The position numbers and the translations under genes were made by a program. From positions 1 to 64,000 of IMG/VR virus record IMGVR_UViG_3300005096_000103: 64,000 nucleotides of DNA. One strand, given 5' to 3'. Below, in pieces: positions 1 to 7,356 of this stretch; positions within the stretch are counted from its first letter, which is position 1, and each line of letters starts with the position of its first letter. Below the pieces are notes generated by a model that was not told where the DNA came from, ran no database searches, and worked only from the letters and a program-made list of their open reading frames with translations. This DNA is from a virus.

Positions 1-90
1 GGCTCTCTAGAGTTTAGGCTCTCTAGAGTTTAGGCTCTCTAGAGTTTAGGCTCTCTAGAGTTTAGGCTCTCTAGAGTTTAGGCTCTCTAG
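1..90. repeat. Tandem repeat, 16-bp unit GGCTCTCTAGAGTTTA x5 plus a 10-bp partial copy (may continue beyond the window)
   Basis: Perfect copies at 1, 17, 33, 49, 65; partial at 81-90; each contains the palindrome CTCTAGAG. Confidence 0.95.
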
Positions 91-117
91 ACACCTGGAT
101 ATATTAGGAATATACTT

Positions 118-169
118 GACTCTGGAGGACGTTGTGCACACAGGCCAACGTCCCCAGGGTCTTTTTTTT
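118..169 (+). terminator. Rho-independent terminator
   Basis: Stem GACTCTGGAGGACGTTG (118-134) / CAACGTCCCCAGGGTC (146-161) followed by T8. Confidence 0.75.
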
Positions 170-190
170 ATCTACTCCACGGAGGACCTA

Positions 191-655
191 TTGAGTCTCG
201 AAATGGAAGCTGTACGCTCTGATGACGCATATCCTACTTACATCTACCCAAGCGCTGAAACCTTGGTCAAAGCGTTCTGGGCTGCAGTACGTCAAGGCGC
301 TTTTGTGAATATGAGGTGTGGTATCAGACGACTTACAAAGGGGACCTCTTGTACTAAGTCAAGTTGTAATTCACTGAAAATGAATAATATGATTACAGAC
401 CTAGGCTCAGCTATCATCGTAGTCTCTATGGTTGCGTGGGACGAGGGACTTCTAACACACACACACAACCTAACGGAAGAACCAGGCATCACACTTTGGA
501 AGCCTATACTCGACTACGGTATGTACAAAGCTGGAGTCCCAGAGTCGTGTGTATTCCGAGTTGATATGCTATTCAGGACGCTATACGAAAGTTTCAGGAG
601 AGCTGAGAAACTAGCTACAGCCGACGCCCCAGAATGCCTAGGAGACAACACATGA
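191..655 (+). CDS. Hypothetical protein
   Basis: ORF track gives 116..655, but 118-169 is a terminator; GGAGG at 181-185 precedes an in-frame TTG at 191 (ATG alternative at 203). Confidence 0.6.
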   Translation: MSLEMEAVRSDDAYPTYIYPSAETLVKAFWAAVRQGAFVNMRCGIRRLTKGTSCTKSSCNSLKMNNMITDLGSAIIVVSMVAWDEGLLTHTHNLTEEPGITLWKPILDYGMYKAGVPESCVFRVDMLFRTLYESFRRAEKLATADAPECLGDNT

Positions 656-783
656 GCACCTACGTTCAGACGACCGTAAGAGAATTCGCGTATAGAACAC
701 TAGCCTTCGCAGGCCTAATCGCCGTCGCCGTAGTGCTCTCACTACTCATCGCCTGGAGGACGTATGGCAGTCCAATGGTTTGA
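652..783 (+). CDS. Small single-pass membrane protein (43 aa, not in ORF track)
   Basis: ATGA overlap with the upstream stop, GGAG SD; MSTYVQTTVREFAYRTLAFAGLIAVAVVLSLLIAWRTYGSPMV has one hydrophobic helix. Confidence 0.6.
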   Translation: MSTYVQTTVREFAYRTLAFAGLIAVAVVLSLLIAWRTYGSPMV

Positions 784-964
784 AGTCGATGTGAAACTAG
801 GGGAGCTTAAGGATCAGATGGACATTGACGCACTAACCATGCTGACAACATCAGACAAAGTCTCACCCACATCACTAAGAACAGCGTTCTATGTAAAGCG
901 CGTAGGCGAGAACAGATACGAGAACAGACTATGGGCAATGTACATGATCGACACGGCCCTCTAA
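764..964 (+). CDS. Hypothetical protein
   Basis: GGAGG SD upstream; 66 aa; overlaps the next ORF. Confidence 0.45.
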   Translation: MAVQWFEVDVKLGELKDQMDIDALTMLTTSDKVSPTSLRTAFYVKRVGENRYENRLWAMYMIDTAL

Positions 965-1668
965 AAGGGTATGGTCCTCTAGGAAGATATGACGACTTCG
1001 CCACAGCTAGGGAGGGTATAAAAGATACTGTGTCTTTAGCTAAAGCACACCAAAGGTACATCCACACCTGCACAGACGAGGGGAGGCTACTGTTCAAAAA
1101 TCGACGTGTAATACTCGCTGCAGGCCTTCCCGTCGCAATACAGTGTTTAAAGTCCATACAACGAAAATACGTTCGCCCGATAGGCACACCAAGGGTTGGC
1201 GCGTCAGTATTGAGAGCACATGACGTTGGTCACTTTGTAAAGTATATCGACGACGTTGCGGGCAAGTTGACCCGAGTAATGCATCGACTCCACAAAGGCG
1301 ACACAACTGGGTACATCCTAATTAGACTAGAGAAGTGGGATAGATTCACCCGAATCGAAAACGCCTTAGAGTCAATGTTACAAGACGCTACACACGCTGA
1401 AGATATAAGTAGCCGACTTAAGTTCTTAGACGACCCTCCCGCTGCAATAGGCTACTTCACTAGGGAGTACGGACGATTACATCGAGAGTCACACATAGGA
1501 CGAAACATCGTCGATATGCATAAGTTATACCCAGACGTGAGGGACCCGCCTGTCTACCCTAGCAGCCTAGAACTGGAAGACCTACGCCGCATGGTCGCAA
1601 AGGTGATAGAGTTGAAAGACGTGTTCGACTCTAAAAACTTCTTCGACTCTAAAAACTTCTTCACTTAA
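931..1668 (+). CDS. Hypothetical protein
   Basis: 245-aa ORF with genome-typical codon usage; C-terminal FDSKNF duplication. Confidence 0.65.
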   Translation: MGNVHDRHGPLKGYGPLGRYDDFATAREGIKDTVSLAKAHQRYIHTCTDEGRLLFKNRRVILAAGLPVAIQCLKSIQRKYVRPIGTPRVGASVLRAHDVGHFVKYIDDVAGKLTRVMHRLHKGDTTGYILIRLEKWDRFTRIENALESMLQDATHAEDISSRLKFLDDPPAAIGYFTREYGRLHRESHIGRNIVDMHKLYPDVRDPPVYPSSLELEDLRRMVAKVIELKDVFDSKNFFDSKNFFT

Positions 1669-1683
1669 ATGGTATAAGAAAGT
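1666..1683 (+). promoter_or_regulatory. Candidate phage promoter motif AAATGGTATAAGAAAG
   Basis: Near-identical motif also at 40586 and 40891, each at the start of a plus-strand intergenic region. Confidence 0.4.
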
Positions 1684-1687
1684 GTAG

Positions 1688-1753
1688 GAGTCACTTACAC
1701 TCGTCTTATCTAAGCGTAAAACACGCTGACAATAAGACGAGTGTAAGTGACTC
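1688..1753. other. Long perfect hairpin / inverted repeat
   Basis: GAGTCACTTACACTCGTCTTAT (1688-1709) is the exact reverse complement of 1732-1753; inner AGCGT/ACGCT stem in the loop. Confidence 0.85.
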
Positions 1754-1839
1754 ACAAACACAACACGACTACGGTACGTTTTATCTCCAGAATATTCTGA
1801 AGGTAAAGCAGTAGTAAAACCTAAGACCAGGAGGCTATC

Positions 1840-1875
1840 ATGAACGTCGACTCAGTTCCCGTTTGGTGGGAGTAG
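1840..1875 (+). CDS. Putative 11-aa leader peptide MNVDSVPVWWE
   Basis: Strong AGGAGG SD, ATG at 1840, TAG at 1873-1875, directly before a terminator. Confidence 0.3.
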   Translation: MNVDSVPVWWE

Positions 1876-1903
1876 AAGGGTCAGGCGAGGGTAAAGCCTT
1901 GTA

Positions 1904-1946
1904 GAGGGGAGTGCTATTGCATTCCCCTCACCCTTCTTTTTTTTTT
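1904..1946 (+). terminator. Rho-independent terminator
   Basis: GAGGGGAGTGC-TATT-GCATTCCCCTC stem, outer AGAAGGGT/ACCCTTCT pairing, T10 tract. Confidence 0.8.
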
Positions 1947-1987
1947 AGCTACGCACCTAGCAGTACACACACAACCCAAGGAACAAC

Positions 1988-2365
1988 ATGGAAGAAGTAC
2001 AAGCATTCGTTTCACCCCTGGGCGCATTTCCTAGCGTCGAAGAACTTATCAGGTTCGTACTCTTTGCAGCCGGAGCAGCGTACGGAGCCACACAGATCGT
2101 AAGGACCTTACGGGATGCGGCGCTGAGCAAAAAGTACCCTAACCTCAAAGGTGTTGACTACACAAAGTGGAAGAAGTATAGCCGTTGGGCCTTGCGAGCA
2201 GTGTCACTCCTCGTAGGCATCGCCAGTGTCTGGTGGATGATGCGCAGCCAATGGGCCCTCCCTATCGGGATTTTCAGTGGCGCATTCTCCTCAACTCTGG
2301 TAAAGTACGGAAAGAGACTTCTAGCTAAAAAGGCGGGAGTTACGTTAGACGAAGAAGAAAAGTAG
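1988..2365 (+). CDS. Membrane protein, holin-like
   Basis: 125 aa, 2-3 hydrophobic helices, charged C-terminus (LAKKAGVTLDEEEK). Confidence 0.45.
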   Translation: MEEVQAFVSPLGAFPSVEELIRFVLFAAGAAYGATQIVRTLRDAALSKKYPNLKGVDYTKWKKYSRWALRAVSLLVGIASVWWMMRSQWALPIGIFSGAFSSTLVKYGKRLLAKKAGVTLDEEEK

Positions 2366-2440
2366 CTGTGAGCGAGAGGGAAAGTAGCTGTGAGAGAAGT
2401 AAAGAAAACTGGTCTCCTAAATAACAGGAAGACAAACCAG

Positions 2441-2857
2441 ATGGTTGAAGAGCACCATAGTCAGGTATGGGTGGCACTTAATTTCCTAGCAGGACCTAGC
2501 TCTGATAGAGTTGAGATAGACGATATAGCTAAACTCTTAATCAGTATAAATACAGTGGATAAACTGATATATCCTATCAACAACCTCTGTCTAGACCACC
2601 CATCTAAAGTAGCTTGGACAGCCGATCTAGTCATAAGTTCTGTACTTAGTCTCGTATTTAAAGAGATGGCTACGTTAGATCCGCAGGTTGCGGAAACCCC
2701 CGGAACGTATATACGTGTAGTCAGCCCTCAGTTCCACAACGTGTTCTCTGTGCACACTGACATAGCGTGGTTAGTTGATAGCTATTCAAGCTTTGAACTA
2801 AAAGCTAAGTGCCAGAATATACTTAATCGTGTGTCTGACGGAGAGTTGCTAGACTGA
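2441..2857 (+). CDS. Hypothetical protein
   Basis: ORF 2390..2857; ATG 2441 with an AGGAAG SD is the likelier start. Confidence 0.6.
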   Translation: MVEEHHSQVWVALNFLAGPSSDRVEIDDIAKLLISINTVDKLIYPINNLCLDHPSKVAWTADLVISSVLSLVFKEMATLDPQVAETPGTYIRVVSPQFHNVFSVHTDIAWLVDSYSSFELKAKCQNILNRVSDGELLD

Positions 2858-2893
2858 CGGAGAGTTGCTAGACTGACGGAGAGTTGCTAGACT
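2835..2893. repeat. 19-bp tandem repeat x3 (CTGACGGAGAGTTGCTAGA) spanning a stop codon
   Basis: Copies at 2835, 2854, 2873. Confidence 0.95.
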
Positions 2894-2914
2894 AAACACC
2901 TATAGGAGTAACAA

Positions 2915-3358
2915 ATGCCAATCGATTCAGAGTACGAGATTCTGTGTGACGCACAGAGCTTCAAAAGTATCTACATGGACTTCTTCAGACTTGTAGGATA
3001 TAGCCCAGGAGATCTCTCAGAAATCGAGAGAATCTTCAATGTAGCAGAGGAGAAGCTAGGAGTGAGTTCGAGAGAACTTAGACTGATGAAAAGGATCTCA
3101 ACGCCTAAAGGTCGTGTTCAGATAGGGGTGATCCAACGAGGAAGACTCGTACCGTTAACCCGGTACCGCGCAAAGACTACAACACCTGGCGCGCCAACAA
3201 CTAAGACAGCGCATAGCTACGGGATCGAAGGCGCAGACCTTAAGGATATAGGATTGTTGTCTAGAGGTAATAAGCCTACCTCTCGGGACACCGGAGAGTA
3301 CTACGGGTCCTTCTCAAACAAGCAGCTTAAAGAGAAGCGCGACGCCGCCGCTAAATAG
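2915..3358 (+). CDS. Hypothetical protein
   Basis: AGGAG SD, 147 aa. Confidence 0.7.
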   Translation: MPIDSEYEILCDAQSFKSIYMDFFRLVGYSPGDLSEIERIFNVAEEKLGVSSRELRLMKRISTPKGRVQIGVIQRGRLVPLTRYRAKTTTPGAPTTKTAHSYGIEGADLKDIGLLSRGNKPTSRDTGEYYGSFSNKQLKEKRDAAAK

Positions 3359-3682
3359 TACGGAAACGATACCACTCCCAATCAGGATCTTCGTCTTAAT
3401 CCTCGTGAACTCAACAACAAGATCCCTTAGGTCTGAGGTTACTATAGCTGTATCTTTGCTTAGTCTAGTTAGATTTCTCTCTAATGACATCTCTTTCTTC
3501 TCTAGGGCGATGTCGAGGCGTACAAGCTTTTCCCTGAAAGACTTGCTGTTGAGACTGTCACGCTCGCTTAGTGTAGCAAGAGCAACCTTAACATCTTGAA
3601 TGAGACGCTTTAATTCACGCTCATCGCTTTTGATGTCTCTCAACGTATCGAGAATATGTCTCTTGTTCTCCGCCCAAGTCAT
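3314..3682 (-). CDS. Coiled-coil protein with C-terminal transmembrane helix (holin/XhlA-like architecture)
   Basis: Heptad-rich body, C-terminal ILIGSGIVSVLFSGGVALLFKLLV; GGAAGG SD. Confidence 0.6.
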   Translation of the reverse strand: MTWAENKRHILDTLRDIKSDERELKRLIQDVKVALATLSERDSLNSKSFREKLVRLDIALEKKEMSLERNLTRLSKDTAIVTSDLRDLVVEFTRIKTKILIGSGIVSVLFSGGVALLFKLLV

Positions 3683-4367
3683 GGCCGTACCTTCCGTAAT
3701 CTACTTCTATGTAAATAAACCCAGTGAACCACATCAGATACTCAGCTACTCTGAGAACGCTAGCAACAGTGCACTCTGAATAACTTCCAGAGTGTGGGTA
3801 GAAGGCCAGAAATAAATGTGTACCAAGTCCAAAGGCAATATACCACTCAAACCCTTTAGCCGTAAATACTTTTGCTGACTTAGTGTACAGTGTCCCTATG
3901 TATATAGTAGCCCACAACAGCCCTAGATACAAGTCTAGCGGTCTAGTAACGTAAGGTATATAAGACACAAGACTATCCAGCGCAGGACCCGCTGAACTTA
4001 GTAAGAGACCTGTGACTAGAATAACACCAACAAAATAAGGCCACACAGCCTTTGGACCACCAGTCCTAGACCATACAATTCCCAACAGTAGGAATACAGA
4101 GAACATAAGTCTATTAACGAATGTGAACCAAGGGTACCACGACGTAACAACGTCTGTAGTAGCGGGGAGTGACATAAGAGCGAGCATCACAGCACTACAA
4201 GCCGCGAGCATCCCAAATGCAGTAGACCAGAACAACGTTAAAACGTGTAACGACCTAGATACGCATACACCCTCCGGAGTAAACGTACGACAATACCTAC
4301 GGTACGATAGATCTGCACATCCTAGACACAATAAAGCGCTAATACCCTCAAGGTATAGTGTATTCAT
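3621..4367 (-). CDS. Polytopic membrane protein, ~7 TM helices
   Basis: Seven hydrophobic segments in 248 aa. Confidence 0.65.
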   Translation of the reverse strand: MNTLYLEGISALLCLGCADLSYRRYCRTFTPEGVCVSRSLHVLTLFWSTAFGMLAACSAVMLALMSLPATTDVVTSWYPWFTFVNRLMFSVFLLLGIVWSRTGGPKAVWPYFVGVILVTGLLLSSAGPALDSLVSYIPYVTRPLDLYLGLLWATIYIGTLYTKSAKVFTAKGFEWYIAFGLGTHLFLAFYPHSGSYSECTVASVLRVAEYLMWFTGFIYIEVDYGRYGHDLGGEQETYSRYVERHQKR

Positions 4368-4405
4368 CGATTTAACCTCTTAGCAGTCCTAGCACTCTAG
4401 CTTTT

Positions 4406-4840
4406 CTAGCCAGCATCGCTAAACCAAGCCTTAACAGATATACCCGCTGTAGCCTTGTAACTTAAGAAGTAGTTGAGGGTGGTATCAGAGATCTCTAGGA
4501 GACCACTATAACCTGCAGGTAGAATAATCGTGATGTTGTCAGCGATAGTAGGATCAGCAACAACAGCAGCATTAGGGTCGAGTCGGATGAACGCAGGACC
4601 CGCGCTCCCAATCACAACTCGTATAACACTCATGGCTCCTGCAGTGATCTGCCAGTTACCACCTGTAGAGTCTATGGTGACAGCTTTTGAGACACCACCA
4701 GGACTAAAGGCCTGGTGCATACTTAACCGACCATTACGAGCTGAAATTAGACTCGCCTTACCTGACGACTTCTCAGTACCCGCGATAGGCATAGCCCAGA
4801 GAACCTTCTCCCCAACTTTCCTTACGAAATTACGTAACAT
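4406..4840 (-). CDS. Hypothetical virion protein
   Basis: 144 aa, beta-rich, in the late operon. Confidence 0.6.
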   Translation of the reverse strand: MLRNFVRKVGEKVLWAMPIAGTEKSSGKASLISARNGRLSMHQAFSPGGVSKAVTIDSTGGNWQITAGAMSVIRVVIGSAGPAFIRLDPNAAVVADPTIADNITIILPAGYSGLLEISDTTLNYFLSYKATAGISVKAWFSDAG

Positions 4841-4874
4841 GAGATCACCTTTTCTTAGTTAGCTGTTAAACAGT

Positions 4875-4926
4875 GTACTAGTTGTTAAACATCACATAGC
4901 GTACTAGTTGTTAAACATCACATAGC
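4875..4926. repeat. 26-bp tandem duplication of a gene end including the stop
   Basis: GTACTAGTTGTTAAACATCACATAGC at 4875 and 4901. Confidence 0.95.
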
Positions 4927-5248
4927 CAACATTCAATGTCCATGCCCCAAAGGCGAAGCCTGCATCAACAACAAAAGCAAAGAACTGGCCACCATCTAGT
5001 GCTACAAAGTTCTCTTCACCATCACGTAGGATAAACTGCTGCCCTGTTTTAGAATATTTAGTCCCATCCCACATATGAACTTCAACGCCTAATTCGCTAC
5101 CGGCGCCTGTATCGTCAAACCCGAGAATCATCTCCATCTTACCACGCGCATCGTAGGAGTTTCTAATGACTTGGACACCTGCAGGTACAACTCCAACGTC
5201 CAGGCTGTCCGCGGCGGTGCTACCGTCCCATATAATATTTCTAGACAT
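4904..5248 (-). CDS. Hypothetical virion protein
   Basis: 114 aa, beta-rich; start abuts the upstream stop (TAGATG). Confidence 0.65.
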   Translation of the reverse strand: MSRNIIWDGSTAADSLDVGVVPAGVQVIRNSYDARGKMEMILGFDDTGAGSELGVEVHMWDGTKYSKTGQQFILRDGEENFVALDGGQFFAFVVDAGFAFGAWTLNVGYVMFNN

Positions 5249-7141
5249 CTAACAAGTTCCTCCGTCACCTAGATCGCTAGGCAGACTTTGCCCGTCGTTA
5301 CTAGTCATTATTTTAGATCCGTTGTTTGTTATCCCTGCTAGAGTCTCAAGTTCACTAACTGAGATCTCAGCGTCTCTTAACAGGACGTTTAGACTGTCTT
5401 GTGCAGTCTTAGTATCCTCAGCCTCACTAGGAGATCGGCTACCAAGACTACCACCTAAGATACCACCACTATCCTCAGTAAGTCCAGTATCTCCGAAGAT
5501 CATATCTAGCAGTGATACAAACGAATCTATAGTTGACGCGCCTGTAGCTGCAGCGACGAGAACAATGCCTGTGACAAAATCACCACTGTCTTCGTAGGGT
5601 GGCTTATTTAATGTTTCGTCACCAAAGAGCGCAGTGTTAACTTCTGATAGTAAGAATCTACTCCCACCTTTCCCTGCAAAAGGGTAGAGGTAGCCTTCAA
5701 ATGCTAGAGCCTCAACAAGGTTCTGTAGTTCTTGCATTGCATCGACTAACGCTTCAACGCGCGTGAGGTAGAACTGTGTCGTACTAGTGAGGAAGTCTAT
5801 ATACTCAGAGAACTCGTCAACTTTAGATGATAGTATATTATCCCGGACAAAAGCGAGTGTATCTTGTAGATATAGAATAATATTGAGCAAGGGAGGGAAG
5901 ATATGTAAGGGTGAGCTAAGTGCAGTCCAGTTAGGAACTTTGCCACCGAAGGATTGTGCACCACCTGCTCTAAAATGTAGAGGATTAACACGTACGACAT
6001 TTGATACTCCGTAGTGTTCAAGCTCTGTAGTCAGGTAGGTAACAGCATCCCCGACGTTAACCTGCCCACCAGGTCCAACGCTACGATCTGGTTCAGAGAT
6101 CTCAATAGAGTAACCTACAGCAAAGTAGTAGGTTTTCGATCCGTCTTTCTTGAGCCCATTGACTGGGAGACGTTGGACGCTAGTATTGCTAGTGCTGAAG
6201 ATAAGGAGACTAGCCAGCTTCTCAGGCGTGTAGGCGACCTGGATAGGGATGTCAACCTGCATGTACACACGTACACCCGTCACAATGACAGTAACACCCG
6301 TGAACAACGACTTTATATTCTCAAGGATAGGTACAGTATCCCACCTCAGATAGACTGACAACGTATCAACATCGTCTAGTCCGTCACTAATGTCAGCTAT
6401 AGTATGTAAATCCTCAATACCGTCCTCACCATCCTCAAAGAAAGCGCTTACATCTGGGGAAGCTTGACCTTGAATACGTTCTGTAAGATTCTGAGGGACA
6501 GGGAGGATATAGGCACCAGGAGGTGTAGGAGTTAATTCACTGAGAAGGTTGTAGAGTCTAAAGACCTTAGAGAGCAACGACCCAAGACTCTTCGCCCCGG
6601 TCATTAGTACGATACCTGCAACGTAGGAGTCTTCAGGGTACACAGGTCTAGATAGGTCACGCGTATCGTAGATCGTAGCAGCGAACTCCTGGAAGAACCC
6701 CCAGGTTCCACCTTTACCAGAAGAGTTACCACTAGCACCGAAGTTAGGTGGCGATGCTGTAAGGATAGGGTAATCCTCAATGTCAAGTCTGAATGTACCA
6801 CGAAGTCCTACTAGATCATCCAACCCAGACTCGTCAACAACTTCAATAAGATCTGAGGGAACACCTTCAGTAGCAAGTACAGGGAGGATAAGCAGGTGTG
6901 TGCCGAACCCTACGTATAGAGACTCAAGCAAGTTAGACAGCTGGTCAATGAGTGTAGTGAGAGCCATCATCAAAGGGTCAGTCTCTGCGAGGAGTAGAAG
7001 CTTAGCCGCCTTAGACATCTCTATGATGATATCCATCGCCGAAGCTATGCTATCAACAGTGTTCTTTACCATCCTGACACCAACAGGGATCTCAGGAGGG
7101 ATTTTGTATCTAAAGTCTTGCCACGACCTCTCTTTGCTCAC
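5249..7141 (-). CDS. Putative baseplate/tail-associated protein with internal domain duplication
   Basis: 630 aa, downstream of the spike; two GKGG...P.Y...V.GIVL repeats flank a beta-rich core. Confidence 0.5.
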   Translation of the reverse strand: MSKERSWQDFRYKIPPEIPVGVRMVKNTVDSIASAMDIIIEMSKAAKLLLLAETDPLMMALTTLIDQLSNLLESLYVGFGTHLLILPVLATEGVPSDLIEVVDESGLDDLVGLRGTFRLDIEDYPILTASPPNFGASGNSSGKGGTWGFFQEFAATIYDTRDLSRPVYPEDSYVAGIVLMTGAKSLGSLLSKVFRLYNLLSELTPTPPGAYILPVPQNLTERIQGQASPDVSAFFEDGEDGIEDLHTIADISDGLDDVDTLSVYLRWDTVPILENIKSLFTGVTVIVTGVRVYMQVDIPIQVAYTPEKLASLLIFSTSNTSVQRLPVNGLKKDGSKTYYFAVGYSIEISEPDRSVGPGGQVNVGDAVTYLTTELEHYGVSNVVRVNPLHFRAGGAQSFGGKVPNWTALSSPLHIFPPLLNIILYLQDTLAFVRDNILSSKVDEFSEYIDFLTSTTQFYLTRVEALVDAMQELQNLVEALAFEGYLYPFAGKGGSRFLLSEVNTALFGDETLNKPPYEDSGDFVTGIVLVAAATGASTIDSFVSLLDMIFGDTGLTEDSGGILGGSLGSRSPSEAEDTKTAQDSLNVLLRDAEISVSELETLAGITNNGSKIMTSNDGQSLPSDLGDGGTC

Positions 7142-7356
7142 TTAGTGTCCCCCGTATCGCTTGTAATAGCTACCGACCCTACGAGACCTTTGCGGCGATA
7201 TTCCGTAGCCACAATACATCTCTGCGCCTCGTTAGCGTACTGTACGTTTTTCATCCTAGCCGCGAGGTGTAAGAGCTTCGTAGCTGAGGATATGATGTTT
7301 GATAGAGTGCTAGCTTTTCTAGTAATAGACATAGGTACTAACCTCCGAATAGACAT
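7138..7356 (-). CDS. Hypothetical protein
   Basis: 72 aa, coupled to both neighbours (abutting start, 4-bp overlap). Confidence 0.55.
   Translation of the reverse strand: MSIRRLVPMSITRKASTLSNIISSATKLLHLAARMKNVQYANEAQRCIVATEYRRKGLVGSVAITSDTGDTK

Noticed and set aside
116-190. 5' extension of the first ORF
   Set aside because: It overlaps a terminator hairpin and T8; a better SD lies at 181-185.
3621-4367. Viral rhodopsin
   Set aside because: No retinal-binding lysine (DxxxK) in the seventh helix.
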